A stretch of 64,000 bases of DNA from Mobula birostris (GCF_030028105.1 NC_092379.1:18432742-18496741), one strand, 5' to 3'; numbered from the stretch's first letter, positions 10,847-23,649 are shown. Translations and numbers: made by a program. The notes: generated from the sequence alone by a model not told the origin.

Positions 10847-13479
10847 CTGTGGGTTAGAAATTGAAATGCTCAGAATCTTACTGGAGATATTTCCATTGGT
10901 TGTGTTAGGTCCAGGCAGATCATCAGTACTTGACAGCTGCATTTAATGCAAACAGAATAACAGAAACACCCAGGGCTGAGTCACGTGTCTCATATTCCTA
11001 TAAGTTTGATTGAGAAAAGAAATTCAGAACAAAGGATGTGCTAACGAGGTTTCGAATCCCTTTCTAATAACTGTACCAATCGGTTCACTGTGAGACGGAG
11101 CTCTGTGAGACAGAGAAGCATGCAGATTTCTCAGCAGAGACACAGCTCAGTATATTCTTTGCTTGGAGACTCAGTGCCATTGATTAGTAACAATGAACAC
11201 TGTGAATCATTGAGAATCCCTTTCTCCATCTGGGCTGAGCCTGGGATTCACTCAGTTTAATAACTTCACATCCCGACATTCCAGTATCACTGTGACTGCA
11301 CCTCTCCTCATCTCTGCAACCTTCACAGCTCATACAAACTTCAGACAGCATCGTATTCTTTCAACTCTGCTCACTCATACACCTGCACTACTCCTGCTGG
11401 TGCCTGTGGTTTTAGCATTCTTGCTGACAAACACTGAAGCCTCTGTCTCTCTTGAAATGAGCAGCCATGGTCAGAATGTATCCATAAGTTAGGGACTGAT
11501 GAACTGGCAACATGGGTTCAAATCCCAACCCGGTGGATGGGAGTTTAAATTCAATTCAGAAATGCCTTCTGGAGTAAAATGAAGACTCTGGAAGAATTTG
11601 TAGTGTTATTTGCTGTGGTAACTTCTGAAAAGAAATCTCATCTATGTGATTCCAGACCTGCAGCAATACAGCTGAACCTGAATCACCATCAGGAATGAGC
11701 CAGCAAGTCCCACTGTTCAAGAGCAATCAGTGATTGATAGGAAATGGTAAATTAAATAAATAGCCCTTTGTTCAGGTTACTGTCACTTTTGTGTGATTAC
11801 ACTCAAGTGAAGTTGTTGAGGTCGTCTCCCAATGCACTGTTGGCCAGAAAGAACTACCATCTATAGATCAGTGAATTTGGACCAGGGATCATTTCCAAAT
11901 AAGAAGACACATGCCAGATGTTCTTTGGTTGGATATAACATGCAGGTCTGTGACTGTTGGGGTCTGTCTCTGCCTTGTGTGATCAAGCTGATTGCCGATT
12001 GAGAACAAAGAGCCATAGATTACTAGATGCCATTCCTCGATCAGAGCCAATAAGAAGGTGTTAGAGGTCAATCAGGTGACTATAGCCAATATCACTGGAA
12101 TGTAACATTTGAATTAGTAAGGAATGAACTTAAAAGCAGGTGCTTCAAGTGTGCTGGCAGCAGTGGCTCTGTAGGAGATTCACTTTCGTGGATATGAGGT
12201 GCCTCACGGATGTGGAGATTCAAAATGGGGCACCAAGGAACACGTGGCTAGCAGTAAAATCTCCTTTTTGACTGGTATAATCTTTTTAATATTTGACTGT
12301 TCATGGAAGGTCAGGGAAACTCAGCAGGTGTGCACACAGGTATTGGTTGTGTAAGTTCACATGTTCTTGCATTGAGACAATAAAGGTACTTGTCGGTAAA
12401 TCCAATTCTCTCTGTGCCTCCCTGATCATTATCACAAGAGGTGATATTTGTAACATCACTATTGTCTGTTCACTTACATTGCAGCTCTCTGCACTTTGTG
12501 TTCACCATTTACACACTCGGTCACCTTCAGGCACGTGGGGTGTTTTTGCTCTTTGACATTTAGTGTGGAGGCTGATTGTGTTTGTGTCACAGTTGAGACC
12601 TTCAATGAGATTGTGAGTCAGTGTCTTTGTCTGAAGAAAGAGCAGATGTAACACACACGGTTCCAGTCTGACTGGGACGGATCATCTGACAAAGTATGAT
12701 GTGTATTTCTCAACATTCCTCATTTCAGAAAGATTATGAGCAATTTTCTTTTAAAACAGAAAATCTGTGGGTGTAGTCTAGATGATCATTGTTGTCGTGT
12801 AATATCATAAATATGCAAACCTAGGTGTACACTGAAGGGTCACTGAATTATGAACCTCAGTTTAATCAGCACTGTGATGTTGTTAAGCATGTTTTCTGCA
12901 GTTTTCTCAGTTGTGTCCCATATCAGCACAGTCTTGAGGTTCAGCAGTCCCTGGGAAATGTGATCCCCACATAAAACCTGACAGAGTCAGGATCGCTCCC
13001 CTTATTGCTAAATGCTGGCATTATTCCACAAGAAGCATATAATTCTATCAATGCTTGGGTAGTTCTAACAAAACATTCTCCTTTCTGACATTCCTTGGGA
13101 TCACTGAGTTTTCCTCTTGGACTGAATTCGGTGCCCGGCACGTGGATCAATGTAACTTCAGCAATTTGTCTGATCCAGGATTTACACACAGAGCATGCCA
13201 GATTGGACAGGAGACTGGTTGGACCTCAGTGTCTTGTCTCACCAATTTATCTTGTGCACAACATTTTTAAAGGGTCATGGTCCTTTGACTGAGCAAATTT
13301 AGAATTTCAGCCCTGTTCACCTTCATCACCTCGTGCCTCACAGCCATCGGGTGAAAAACAGGTTCCAGTTCTTGCTGACTGGAGTCAGACAGGAGGGAAT
13401 CTGGCCAAGGAAACTGGAATTGGGATCTGAGTGGCACTCAAGCAACAATGTACACAAATGAATGAGTGTATGGACAACC

Positions 13480-14100
13480 AGAAACACAAGAGATCCTACA
13501 GATGCTGGAAATCTTGAACAACACACACAAAATGCTGGAGGAACTCGGTAAGTCAGGCAGCATCTGTGGATGGAAATAAACAGTCGATATTTTGGGCCGA
13601 GAGATTTTACTGGTACTGGAAAGGAAGTGGGCAGAAGCCAGAGTAAGAAGGTGGGTGGAGCAGAGAGGAATACATTCTGTCAGATGAGAGGTGAGACCAG
13701 GTGAGGGGGAAAGTGTGTGGACGGGGGAGGCAGTATGAAGTAAGAAGCTGGTAGGGATAAGTGAAAGAGATAAATGGCTGAAACAGAAGGAGTCTGACAG
13801 GATAGCGGACCATGGAGGAAAGTGCAGGAGGAAGGGAACCAAATGGAGATGATGGGCAGGTGAGAAGTGTAGGGATGAGGGTGTATCTAGTATGGGGAAT
13901 AGAACAAAAGGGAGAATAAAAGAGTTGGGGGGGGTGGTTACTGGAAGTTGCAGAAATCTGTATTCGTGCCATCAGGTAGGCAGGTATCTGGATGGAATAT
14001 GAGGTCCTCACTTTGGGCTTCTCCTGGCAGTAGAGAAGGAAATGGACAGACATGTCAGAATGGGAATGGGAAGTCAAATTGAAATAGCAGGACACAAGGA
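13480..14100 (-). mobile_element. Penelope-like element fragment (paralog at ~22860-23480 in the duplicated block)
   Basis: HSHSDMSVHFLLYCQ..KVRTSYSI resembles the GIY-YIG C-terminus seen at 47525-47779, and the acaacacacacaaaatgctggaggaactc end is shared with 46221-46330. Confidence 0.7.
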
Positions 14101-14265
14101 TATTGAAAAGTCAAATTGAAATGTGGAGGGGAGAGGTAGTCATTTTAAATAACGTATTTTCATCACTGTCTGTGAAACTTCCATCCCAATGGATACCAGA
14201 GGCAGGTCTGGAATCCAGTAAGTGGACTGTAAAAGAATTCATTGATGAATTGTATATACAGCCAA

Positions 14266-14390
14266 TCACTTTATTTCACACTTTCCTGCTGAACAATGAC
14301 ACTGTTGGGTAGAACCGTCGGAGAATGTTGCATTGAGATTACTCTGTTGAAACAACATTGGCACAGGCTCCGAAAAACAGCTGGGACATT
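14266..14390 (-). pseudogene. IgW: Third secretory-tail copy lacking its splice acceptor
   Basis: CPSCFSEPVPMLFQQSNLNATFSDGSTQQCHCSAGKCEIK* is preceded by catggtgagaaaa instead of the pyrimidine tract and in-frame AG. Confidence 0.8.
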
Positions 14391-14632
14391 TTCTCACCAT
14401 GTCAGCAGAGGAGGCCATGGACAGACATGTGAGGATGGGACTGGGAAGTCAAATTGAAATAGATGGCCATGAGGATATTGGAAAGTCAAATTGAATTTTG
14501 GAGGGGAGAGACAGTTTAAATCGCGCGTTTTCTTCTCTAGCAAACGTCCATTCCAAAGGATTCCAGCGGCAGGTCTGGAACCCTGTAAATGGATTGTAAG
14601 GAAATTCATTGATGAATTTTATAGAGAACCAA

Positions 14633-14763
14633 TCACTTTATTTCACACTTTCCCGCCGAACAATGGTACTGTCGGGTAGAACCATCTGAGAATGTGGCAT
14701 TGAGATTACTCTGGTAAAAGAACATTGGTGCACTCTCTGAAAAACAGCGGGGACAGTTTCCAC
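14633..14763 (-). CDS. IgW: Second Cys-rich secretory tail exon S2 (after CH4b)
   Basis: ttctatttccAG|gt gga gives GGNCPRCFSESAPMFFYQSNLNATFSDGSTRQYHCSAGKCEIK*. Same length as S1; AATAAA at 14642-14637. Confidence 0.87.
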
Positions 14764-15776
14764 CTGGAAATAGAAAATTCATTAATGTCAGCATTAAATA
14801 TTTTCACCTCTTTTCCTGTGCTTGGAAAAAAGAGAGCCCCACATATTCCCACTCTCTATTCTCTGTATTGCATCCTATTGGGATGAGGTTATGTCAGCCA
14901 TGATAAATGAATGCGCTCTCTGAACCTGGCTGAGGATCTGAGGACACAAGATCACAATATTTACTTGAGGATTGGGCATCAATTCAAAAATAATCCAGGC
15001 ACCTACATTACAGTGAGTGGACAATCGACAGAAGAGTCTCTCAGGAAACACTGGAAACAAGACTCTGGAGAGTGAAACAAATACAAAATTGCAATGATAT
15101 GTTTTTGAGGAACTGACACTGAAGAGACAGTGAAAAGGGAAAGTGGAGATTTTCTCCAGATGGTAAAGCATGGGCGTGAGCTTTGCGCACTAACTTATTT
15201 TCATTATAACTGGAGAGACAACTAAAATTATTGAGACAGAATGGGCAGGTGACCTAATCTTACAACTTTTCTGCCCAGTAGATGGGGTTAAAACTTTTCG
15301 ATGAGGCTTCACTGGCCTCAGCACTGAACTGACTCTGCGGCTGTGGCCTGCAGCCATCGGCACTCACCTCAGCACTGAGCCTGGCTCCACGGCCGTGGCC
15401 TGCAGCCATCGGTCTCCTGGACCTGCTGAACTGGCAACGTGGCTGTGGATTTACTTCAGGGGGCTCTGCAGTTCAGGTTCTGTGGATTGTTTGTTTGAAT
15501 TTTTTTATTGTTTGCACAATTTGTTCTTTCTTTTTCACATATTGGATGTTTGACCCTGAATTCTATTGTATTTCGTTGTTTTGTGGCTGCCTGCAAGAAG
15601 AGAATCTCAAGGTTGCATATGGTGCACATACTTTGATAATAAATGTACTTTGTACTTTGAACTTTAATAGTTCACTCACATAACTAAACCAGGACTGCAC
15701 CATTATTCAGTGTTGACCTTAAGTTCATTGCACAATGTAAACAATTTCAATAATGGGTTGAGTCTCAGGACCCTAC

Positions 15777-16094
15777 CTTGGACGTTCTCCACTTGCTTCC
15801 TGATACGGGTGTTGGAGGGGGGATGAGTCACCGTACAGCTGAAGACTGATTCTGTCTTCCAATCCTGTAAACTCACGGTCAGGAAGTGTCTGGCACTGAA
15901 AGTCCACCCCTGCTCCAGAGCGGTCGGTGTCGCGCTGGTGTTGGAGGTGATCACGGTGCTGCCTTTCTCCCAGGTGACATTTATTTGATCCGGGTAGAAT
16001 CCAGACACCACACACTCCAGTGTGGCCGTTTTCCAATTCTTCATCTCTTCCTGAGCTGGAGGCAGCAGAGTGACCTTGGGACTTCTTATCTCGA
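15777..16094 (-). CDS. IgW: IgW CH4-type exon, copy b
   Basis: EIRSPKVTLLPPAQEEMKNWKTATLECVVSGFYP...FSCTVTHPPSNTRIRKQVENVQ; AG/GT intact, 318 nt, open. Confidence 0.92.
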
Positions 16095-16182
16095 CTGGAA
16101 TAGAAAAGAAAACAAAGGAAGTGTCAAACATTTTGACTCAGGTAACTAATGCTGGCCATTTAATCGCTGGTCTTTTACCCAC

Positions 16183-16485
16183 CTTTGGTACTATTGGTCC
16201 GTGCTGACACTCGGGAAGATGAAGGAGATTCCTGAGCAGAGCACTCGTACTCCACCCCACTGAACCACTCCTCCACGCTGATCTGGAGTTCACTGAGGAC
16301 TCTGTATCGAGCTCCGTCGATCTGCGGTGGTTGTTCGACAATTCCTTTAGTTTTCTCCTTCCTGCCAACATGCCAAGAGATGTGGATATATTCTGGATCT
16401 GTACAGATAACTGTGCACTTGACGGTAGCGGTCTTGTGGATCCACATCTCTTCAATGTCGGGATTTTGAATAAAGACAGACAATT
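16183..16485 (-). CDS. IgW: IgW CH3-type exon, copy b
   Basis: LSVFIQNPDIEEMWIHKTATVKC...GIVEQPPQIDGARYRV...STK; AG/GT intact, 303 nt, open. Confidence 0.92.
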
Positions 16486-16627
16486 CTGTGGGTTAGAAAT
16501 GGAAATGCTCAGAATCTTACTGGAGATATTTCCATTGGTTGTGTTAGGTCCAGGCAGATCATCAGTACGTGACAGATGCATTTAATGCAAACAGGATAAC
16601 ATAAAAACCCAGGGCTGAATCACTTGG

Positions 16628-16844
16628 CAGTCTGCTGGTGATCATGTCTTCACCTCTGTTGCTGACTGGACCCAGAGTCCTCACCCCATCTTCTCTCTTC
16701 CTCTGTCCAGCTGCCAGGTGACACTGAATCCCTGTAAATCACTGTGAACCACCTCATACAGAATGGCTGTTGTCCTCTTCGTCCAGATCTCTTCAAATGA
16801 AGGTTTACTTAAAGTGACTGAGGGGTGGGTATGTGAACAGCCAT
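16628..16844 (-). pseudogene. IgW: Truncated pseudo-CH5 exon at a duplication breakpoint
   Basis: Copy of the 5' two-thirds of 8839-8624 (GCSHTHPSVTLSKPSFEEIWTKRTTAILYEVVHSDLQGFSVTWQ). First Cys is Tyr, there is a 1-nt deletion, and it is joined after agcagactg to CH3 upstream-intron sequence. Confidence 0.88.
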
Positions 16845-17299
16845 CTGGGAGAAATTATTATTTCACTATTCCCCAATGGCTGAGTTTGTCACTGACAAGA
16901 CCAGTATTTCCTGTTCATCTCTGGTCAACGATATGCCAGTCCCAAGAAGATGAGATAAGAATAATGTACATTGGTGAAGAAATGAATCTCCCCTGTTGAG
17001 CAGACAGGGTAAACACCCTGAGGGAAAGTAAATGAACAAGATTGACCGTCACATTGTTTTTGCAGTTTCATGGTCACTTAACTGTTACCAGACGCTTTTT
17101 AAAACAAATACAGAAAATACCCAGAATTTCAGTGTGTGTCTGTGGAATTGGAAATGGAGTAAATTTCATGTAAAAAATTCCACAAAATTCACTTCTTATT
17201 TCAAGTTTTAAGTAGGAGAAATATTTAGTTTTTGTTACAAATATTAAAATGCACTTTTTTTCTCTATTAGGTGTAACTAAAATTTGCTGCTGCTTTGTC

Positions 17300-19245
17300 A
17301 TCGGGCCAACTCAGAGCAAGACAGCACCATTGAAAACTATAACAGGCGAGACCATCAATGACAAAGGCAAGTAGATGGAGAGATGGGTGGAGCATTACTA
17401 TGAACTCTTCTCCAAAGAAAACAGCATTTCAGACAGCACGCTAGATGCTGTGGAATGCCTGCCTGTCATGGAGGAACTTGATGCATTGCTGACTGCCGAA
17501 GAGTTGAGTAAAGCCATCGACAGCCTGCCCACTGGGAAGGCACCAGGATTGGGTGGCATTTCACCAGAGGCCATCAAATGTGCAAAGGGTGTCCTGCTAA
17601 ACCACCTGCATAAACTACTGTGCCAGTGCTGGATAGAGGGAGCAGTGCCACAAGACATGGGAGACTGCAACATTGTCACCATATATGGGAACAAAGGGGA
17701 CAGAAGAGACTATAACAACTTCAGGGAAATCTCCTTGCTGAGCACCGTTGGGAAGGTCTTCGCCCATGTGGTCCTGAACAGACTGCAGAAAATAGCCAAA
17801 AGGGTATATCCCGAGTCTCAGTGCAGTTTCAAGTCAGAACGCTCCACAATCGACAGGATCTTCTCCCTTTGACAATAACAAGAGAAATTGCAGAGAGCAA
17901 AGACAAACACTCTACGTCACTTTCATTGACCTTACGAAGGCCTTCGACCTTGTGAGCAGAGACGGCCTGTTCAAAATCCTTGCCAGGATTGGTTGTACCC
18001 CGAGGCTCCTCAGGATAGTTCAGTCATTCCACACAGACATGAAGAGCATTATTCAGTTTGACGGCTCTTCTTCGGAGGCCTTCAACATCCACAGCGGTGC
18101 GAAACAAGGCTGTGTGCTTGCCCCCACCCTGTTTGGCATCTTCTTCGTAGTCATGCTGAAGCACGCCTTTGGAACATCAACTGATGGTATCTACCTCCAC
18201 ACCAGATCGGACTGGAGGCTGTTCAGTCTGTCCCGGCTGAGGGCGAAAGCCAAGGTTCGTGAAGTACTCATCAGGGACATGTTGTTTGCAGACGACGTGG
18301 CACTGACAACACGCTCTGAAGAGCAATTGCAACGCCTCATGGACAGCTTCTCAAGAGCTGCCAGGATTTCAGCTTGACCATCAGCCTGAAGAAGACCAAC
18401 ATGTTGGGCCAAGGCGTTGAGCACCCCTTGCCATTACCATCAACAACTACGAGCTGGAGGTAGTTCACAAGTTTACATTTCTAGGCTCCACCATCACGGA
18501 CAGTCTCTCCCTAGACCCCGAGATCAACAGATGGATTGGACGAGCAGCCTCAACATTCACCAGGCTGACAAAGGGAGTCTGAAAGAACAGAAAGCTGACG
18601 ACGCACACCAAGGTTGCAGTCTACAGGGCCTACATCCTCAGCACACTGCTTTACGGCAGTGAGACCTGGAGCCTCTACTACAGACAAAAGAGGCGTCTCA
18701 ATGCTTTCCACCTTCGCAGCCTGAGATCCATCCTGGACATCAAGCGGACTGACCTAGTCACCAACAGTTAGGTCCTGGCCCCCGCCCAGATACCCAGCCT
18801 CTTCACCCTGCTGCAACAACGCTGTCTCCGCTGGCTGGGCCACGTACACTGCATGTCAGACGGGAGGATCCCGAAAGACCTGCTGTACGGGGAACTGGCC
18901 TCCGGCAAGAGAGCACAAGGGTGACCCCATCTTTGTTTCAAAGATGTCTGCAAGAGAGACATGAAGTCACTGAACATGAACGTCGAGAGGTGGGAAATCT
19001 ACGCAGAGGTCTAAAAAGAGGAGAGAGAAGCTGAGGCTTGCTGCTGAAGAAAAGTGCACTGGTCGGAAAAACAGCACCAAGACAACACTAGAGGACAGTG
19101 CCTTCAAGTGCAGTCGCTGCCGCTGAGACTGTCACTCCCGTGTGGGCCTCTACAGCCACAACAGACACTGCTCTACCAACACAGACTAAAGCAATACATT
19201 CCTGGCGCAGGTCCAAGGTCTCGCGAGACTAACAGATGCCACCAA
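17300..19245 (+). mobile_element. 5'-truncated RTE-clade LINE (degenerate reverse transcriptase) in the CH4a downstream intron
   Basis: RT motifs YPESQCSF, FIDLTKAFD, KQGCVLAPTLF, LFADD with stops and frameshifts. Flanked by TTGTC at 17295-17299 and 19246-19250; the paralogous site at 9301-9305 is empty. Confidence 0.9.
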
Positions 19246-20123
19246 TTGTCGGGATGTTGTGTGTTCAAGCCGCCCTCCAGAGACACATTGACCAGGCTGA
19301 CTATTCCCACACAGGAGCAGAGGGAGAGCTACTCTGCTGGAAATTCAGTCACAACTGAGGCACTAATTGGAGGCTGGGATTATGTTCAAAGGTAGAGGGA
19401 GGAAGCATTTTGAAGACAAGTATCAGGAATCTCCAGAGTGCCTGCCAGTGAAATGATCCGGATTCCCCTCAAGTTATGAAAGTATTTTCCGAGATACAAT
19501 TATTTCTATGGTGAAAGTCTGGATTATGTTGGCTGAAAGTGGAAAACAAACCTAAGAGGGGATAATTTTATCACCTCAGCAGATTAAAAAGATTAATGCG
19601 TTGAGGGTGAAGGTGAAGTAGGAACCAATATTCAGCTCACTAATCTATGAGGCTTCACTCGCCTCAGCACGAAACTGACTGCAGCTGCGGCCCGCAGCCA
19701 TCGGCACTCACCTCAGCACTGAGCCTGGCTCCACGGCCGTGGCCTGCAGCCATCGGTCTCCTGGACCCGTTGCAGTGCTGAACTGGCAACTTGGCTGTGG
19801 ATTTACTTCAGGGGGCTCTGCGGTTCAGGTTCTGTGGATTGTTTGTTTGCATTTTTTTATTGTTTGCACAATTTGTTTTTTTCACACATTGGATGGTTGA
19901 CTCTGAATTCTATTGTATTTCTTTGTTTTGTGACTGTCTGCAAGAAGAGAATCTCAAGGTTGTATATGGTGCACATACTTCGATAACAAATGTACTTTGT
20001 ACTCTGAACTTTAATAGTTCACTCACAAAACTAAACCAGAACCACACCGTGATTTAGTGTTTACTTTGAATTCATAGCACAATGTAAACAATTTGAATAA
20101 TGGGATGCGTCCCAGGACCCTAC

Positions 20124-20441
20124 CTTGGACATTCTTCACTTGCTTCTTGATACGGGTGTTGGAGGGGGGATGAATCACTGTACAGCTGAAGACTGATTCT
20201 GACTTCCACTCCTGTAAACTCACGGTCAGGAAGTGTCTGGCATTGAAAGTCCACCCCTGCTCCAGAGCGGTCGGTGTAGCCCTGGTGTTGGAGGTGATCA
20301 CGGTGTTGCCTTTCTCCCAGATGACATTTATTTGGTCCGGGTAGAATCCGAAGATCACACACTCCAGCGTGGCCGTTTTCCTATTCTTGGTCTCTTCCTG
20401 TGATGGAGGCAGCAGAGTGACCTTGGGACTTTTTATCTCGA
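20124..20441 (-). CDS. IgW: IgW CH4-type exon, copy a (IgNAR C3-like)
   Basis: ttccAG|tc gag ... EIKSPKVTLLPPSQEE...LECVIFGFYPDQINVIW...PTALEQ...FSCTVIHPPSNTRIKKQVKNVQ g|GTAGGG; 318 nt, open. Confidence 0.92.
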
Positions 20442-20528
20442 CTGGAATAGACAAGAAAAGAAAGGAAATGTCAACATTTTTGCCCAGGTCACGAATGCTG
20501 GCCACTTAACCGCTGGTCTCTTACCCAC

Positions 20529-20831
20529 CTTTGGTACTATTTGTGCGTGCTGACACTCGGGAAGATGAAGGAGATTCCTGAGCAGAGCACTCGTATTCCA
20601 CCCCACTGAACCACTCCTCCACACTGATCTGGAGTTCACTGAGCACTCTGCATCGGGACCCGTCCCTCTCCGCTTGATGGGTGTGAACCCCTTTAGTTTT
20701 CTCCTTCCCGCCCACATGCCAAGAAATGCGGATATTTTCGGGATCTGTACAGATAACTGTGCACTTCACGGTAGCAGTCTTGTCGATCCACATCTCTTCA
20801 ATATCGGGATTTTGAATAAAGACAGCCAATT
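20529..20831 (-). CDS. IgW: IgW CH3-type exon, copy a (IgNAR C2-like)
   Basis: cacAG|aa ttg ... LAVFIQNPDIEEMWIDKTATVKC...W...EEWFSGVEYECSAQ...STK g|GTGGGT; 303 nt, open. Confidence 0.92.
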
Positions 20832-23649
20832 CTGTGGATTAGAAATTGAAATGCTCAGAATCTTACTGGAGATATTTCCATTGGTTGTGTTAGGTCCAGG
20901 CAGATCATCAGTACAGGACAGCTGCATTTAATGCAAACAGAATAACAGAAACACCCAGGGCTGAGTCACGTGCCTCATATTCCTATAAGTTTGATTGAGA
21001 CAAGAAATTCAGAACAAAGGATGTGCTAACTAGGTTTAGAATCCCTTTCTAATAACTGTACCAATTGGTTCACTGTGAGACGGAGCTTTGTGAGACAGAG
21101 AAGCATGCAGATTTCTCAGCAGAGACACAGCTCAGTATATTCTTTGCTTGGAGACTCAGTGCCATTGATTAGTAACAATGAGCACTGTGAATCAATGAGA
21201 ATCCCTTTCTCCATCTGGGCTGAGCCTGGGATTCACTCAGTTTGATTAACTTCACATCCCGACATTCCAGTCTCACTGTGGCTGTGCCTCTCCTCATCTC
21301 TGCAACCTTCACCACCCACACAAACTTCAGACAACATCGTATCCTTTCAACTCTGCTCACTCATACACCTGCACTACTTCTGCTGGTGCCTGTGGTTTTA
21401 GCCTTCATGCTGACAAACACTGAAGCCTCTGTCTCACTTGAAATGAGCAGCCGTGGTCAGAGTGTATCCATAAGTTAGGGACTGATGAACTGGCAAAGTG
21501 GGTTCATATCCCAACCTGGTGGAAAGGAGTTTAAATTCAATTCAGAAACGTTTTTTGGAATAAAAAGAAGACTACGGAGGTATTTGTAGTGTTATTCTCT
21601 GTGGTAACTTCCGGAGAGAAGTCTCATCTGGTCTGGCTGGTTTGTGACTCCAGACCTGCAGCAACACGGCTGGAGCTGAATCACCATCAGGGAATGAGGC
21701 AGCAAGTCCTTCAGTTCCAGAGAGATCAGTGATTGATGGGAAATGATAAATGAATAAAACAGATCTTTGATCAAGTGTTGGCTCACCTGTCCTCTGGATG
21801 AGAGTCAGTTTTGTGTGATTACACTCAAGTGAATTGTTGAGGTCGTCTCCCACTGCACGATCGTCAGTTCACTTACATTGCAGCTCTCTGCACTTTGTGT
21901 TCACCATTTACACACTCGGTCACCTTCAGGCCCGTGGGGTGTTTTTGCTCTTTGATATTTAGTGTGGAGGTTGATTGTGTTTGTGTCATGGCTGAGAACT
22001 TCAATGAGATTCTTTGTCTGAAGAAAGAGCAGATGGTTCCACATGGTTCCAGTCTAACTGGGCCGGATCATCTAACAAGGTATGATGTGTATTTCTTAAC
22101 CTTTCTGATTTCAGAAAGATTATGAGCAATTTTCTTTTAAAACAGAAAGTCCATGGGTGTAGTCTAGATGATCATTGTTGTTGTGTAATATCACAAATAT
22201 GCAAATCTCGGTGTACACTGAAGGGTCACTGAATTGTGAACCTCAGTTTAATCAGCACTGTGATGTTGTTAAGCATGTCTTCGGCAGTTTTCTCAGTTGT
22301 GTCCCATATCAGCACGGTCTTGATGTTCATCAGTCTCTGGGAAATGCGATCCCCTCATAAAACCTGACAGAGTCAGGATTGCTCCCCTTATTGCTGAATG
22401 CTGGTGTAATTCCACAAGAAGCATATAATTCCCTCAATGCTTGGGCAATTTGAACAAAACATTCTCCTTTCTAACATTCCTTGCAATCACTGAGTTTCCC
22501 TTTTGGACTGAATTCAGTGTCCGGCACGTGGATCAATGTAACTTTAGCAATTTGTCTGATCCAGGATTTAAACACAAAGCATGTCAGATTGGACAGGAGA
22601 TTGGTTAGACCCCGTGTCTTGTCTCACCGATTTGTCTTGTGCCCAACATTATCAAAGGGTCATCCGTCCTTTGACAGAGCCAATTTGGAATTTCAGCCCC
22701 GTTCACCTTCATCACCTCATGCCTCACAGCCATTGGGTGAAAAACAGGTTCCAGTTCTTGCTGACTGGAGTTAGACAAGAGGGAATCTGGCCAAGGAAAC
22801 TGGAATTGGGATCTGAGTCACACTGAAGCAACAATGTACACAAATGAATGAGTGTATGGACAACCAGAAACACAGGAGATTCTACAGATGCTGGAAATCT
22901 TGAACAACACACACAAAGTGTTGGAGGAACTCGGCAAGTCAGGCAGCATCTATGGATGGAAATAAACAGTCGATATTTTGGGCTGAGAGATTTCACTGGT
23001 ACAGGAAAGGAAGTGGGCAGAAGCCAGAATAAGAAGGTGGGAGGAGTAGAGAGGAATACATTCTGTCAGATGAGAGGTGAGACCAGGTGAGGGGGAAAGT
23101 GTGTGGATGGGGGAGGGGGTATGAAGTAAGAAGCTGGTAGGGATAAGTGGAAGAGATAAATGGCTGAAACAGAGGAATCTGAGAGGACAGTGGACCATGG
23201 AGGGAAGTGCAGGAGAAGGGGAACCAAATGGAAATGATGGGAAGGTGAGGAGAAACGAAGGGATGAGGGTGTATCTAGTATGAGGAATAGAATAAAAGGG
23301 AGAATAAAGGAGTGGGGGACGATTACTGGAAGTTAAAAAATAAGTATTCATGGAATCAGTTTGGCAGGTATCTGGATGGAATATGAGGTGTTGCTACTCC
23401 AACCTGACTTTGGCCTCACCAGGGCAGTAGAGGAGCCCATGGACAGACATGACAGAATGGGAATGGAAAGTCAAATTGAAATAGGTGGCCACGAGGATAA
23501 TAGAAATGCGATTGGAGAGGTAGTCAGTTTCAATCATGTGTTTTATTCTCTCTCTGTTAAACTTCAATCCCAATGGATACCAGAGGCAGGTCTGGAATCC
23601 GGTAAATGGATTGTAATAAAATTCATTGATGAATTGTATATACAGCCAA

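Noticed and set aside
10882-10936. Apparent 55-nt mini-exon (gcAG|ctgtcaagt...atctcca|GTAAG; LSSTDDLPGPNTTNGNIS) upstream of CH3c, with copies before CH3a and CH3b
   Set aside because: The intron to CH3 would be only 35 nt, the entry phase (0) does not match Ig phase-1 exons, and the CH3b copy lacks the AG.
2536-20931. Plus-strand ORFs overlapping the C exons (e.g. 2536-2847, 7544-7825, 10692-10946, 16331-16585, 20674-20931)
   Set aside because: Antisense shadows of the Ig exons, repeated only because the exons are duplicated.
22199-22206. Octamer ATGCAAAT in the S1-CH3a intron
   Set aside because: A single 8-mer is expected by chance in 64 kb, and it is not conserved in the paralogous copy (atgcaaac near 12812).
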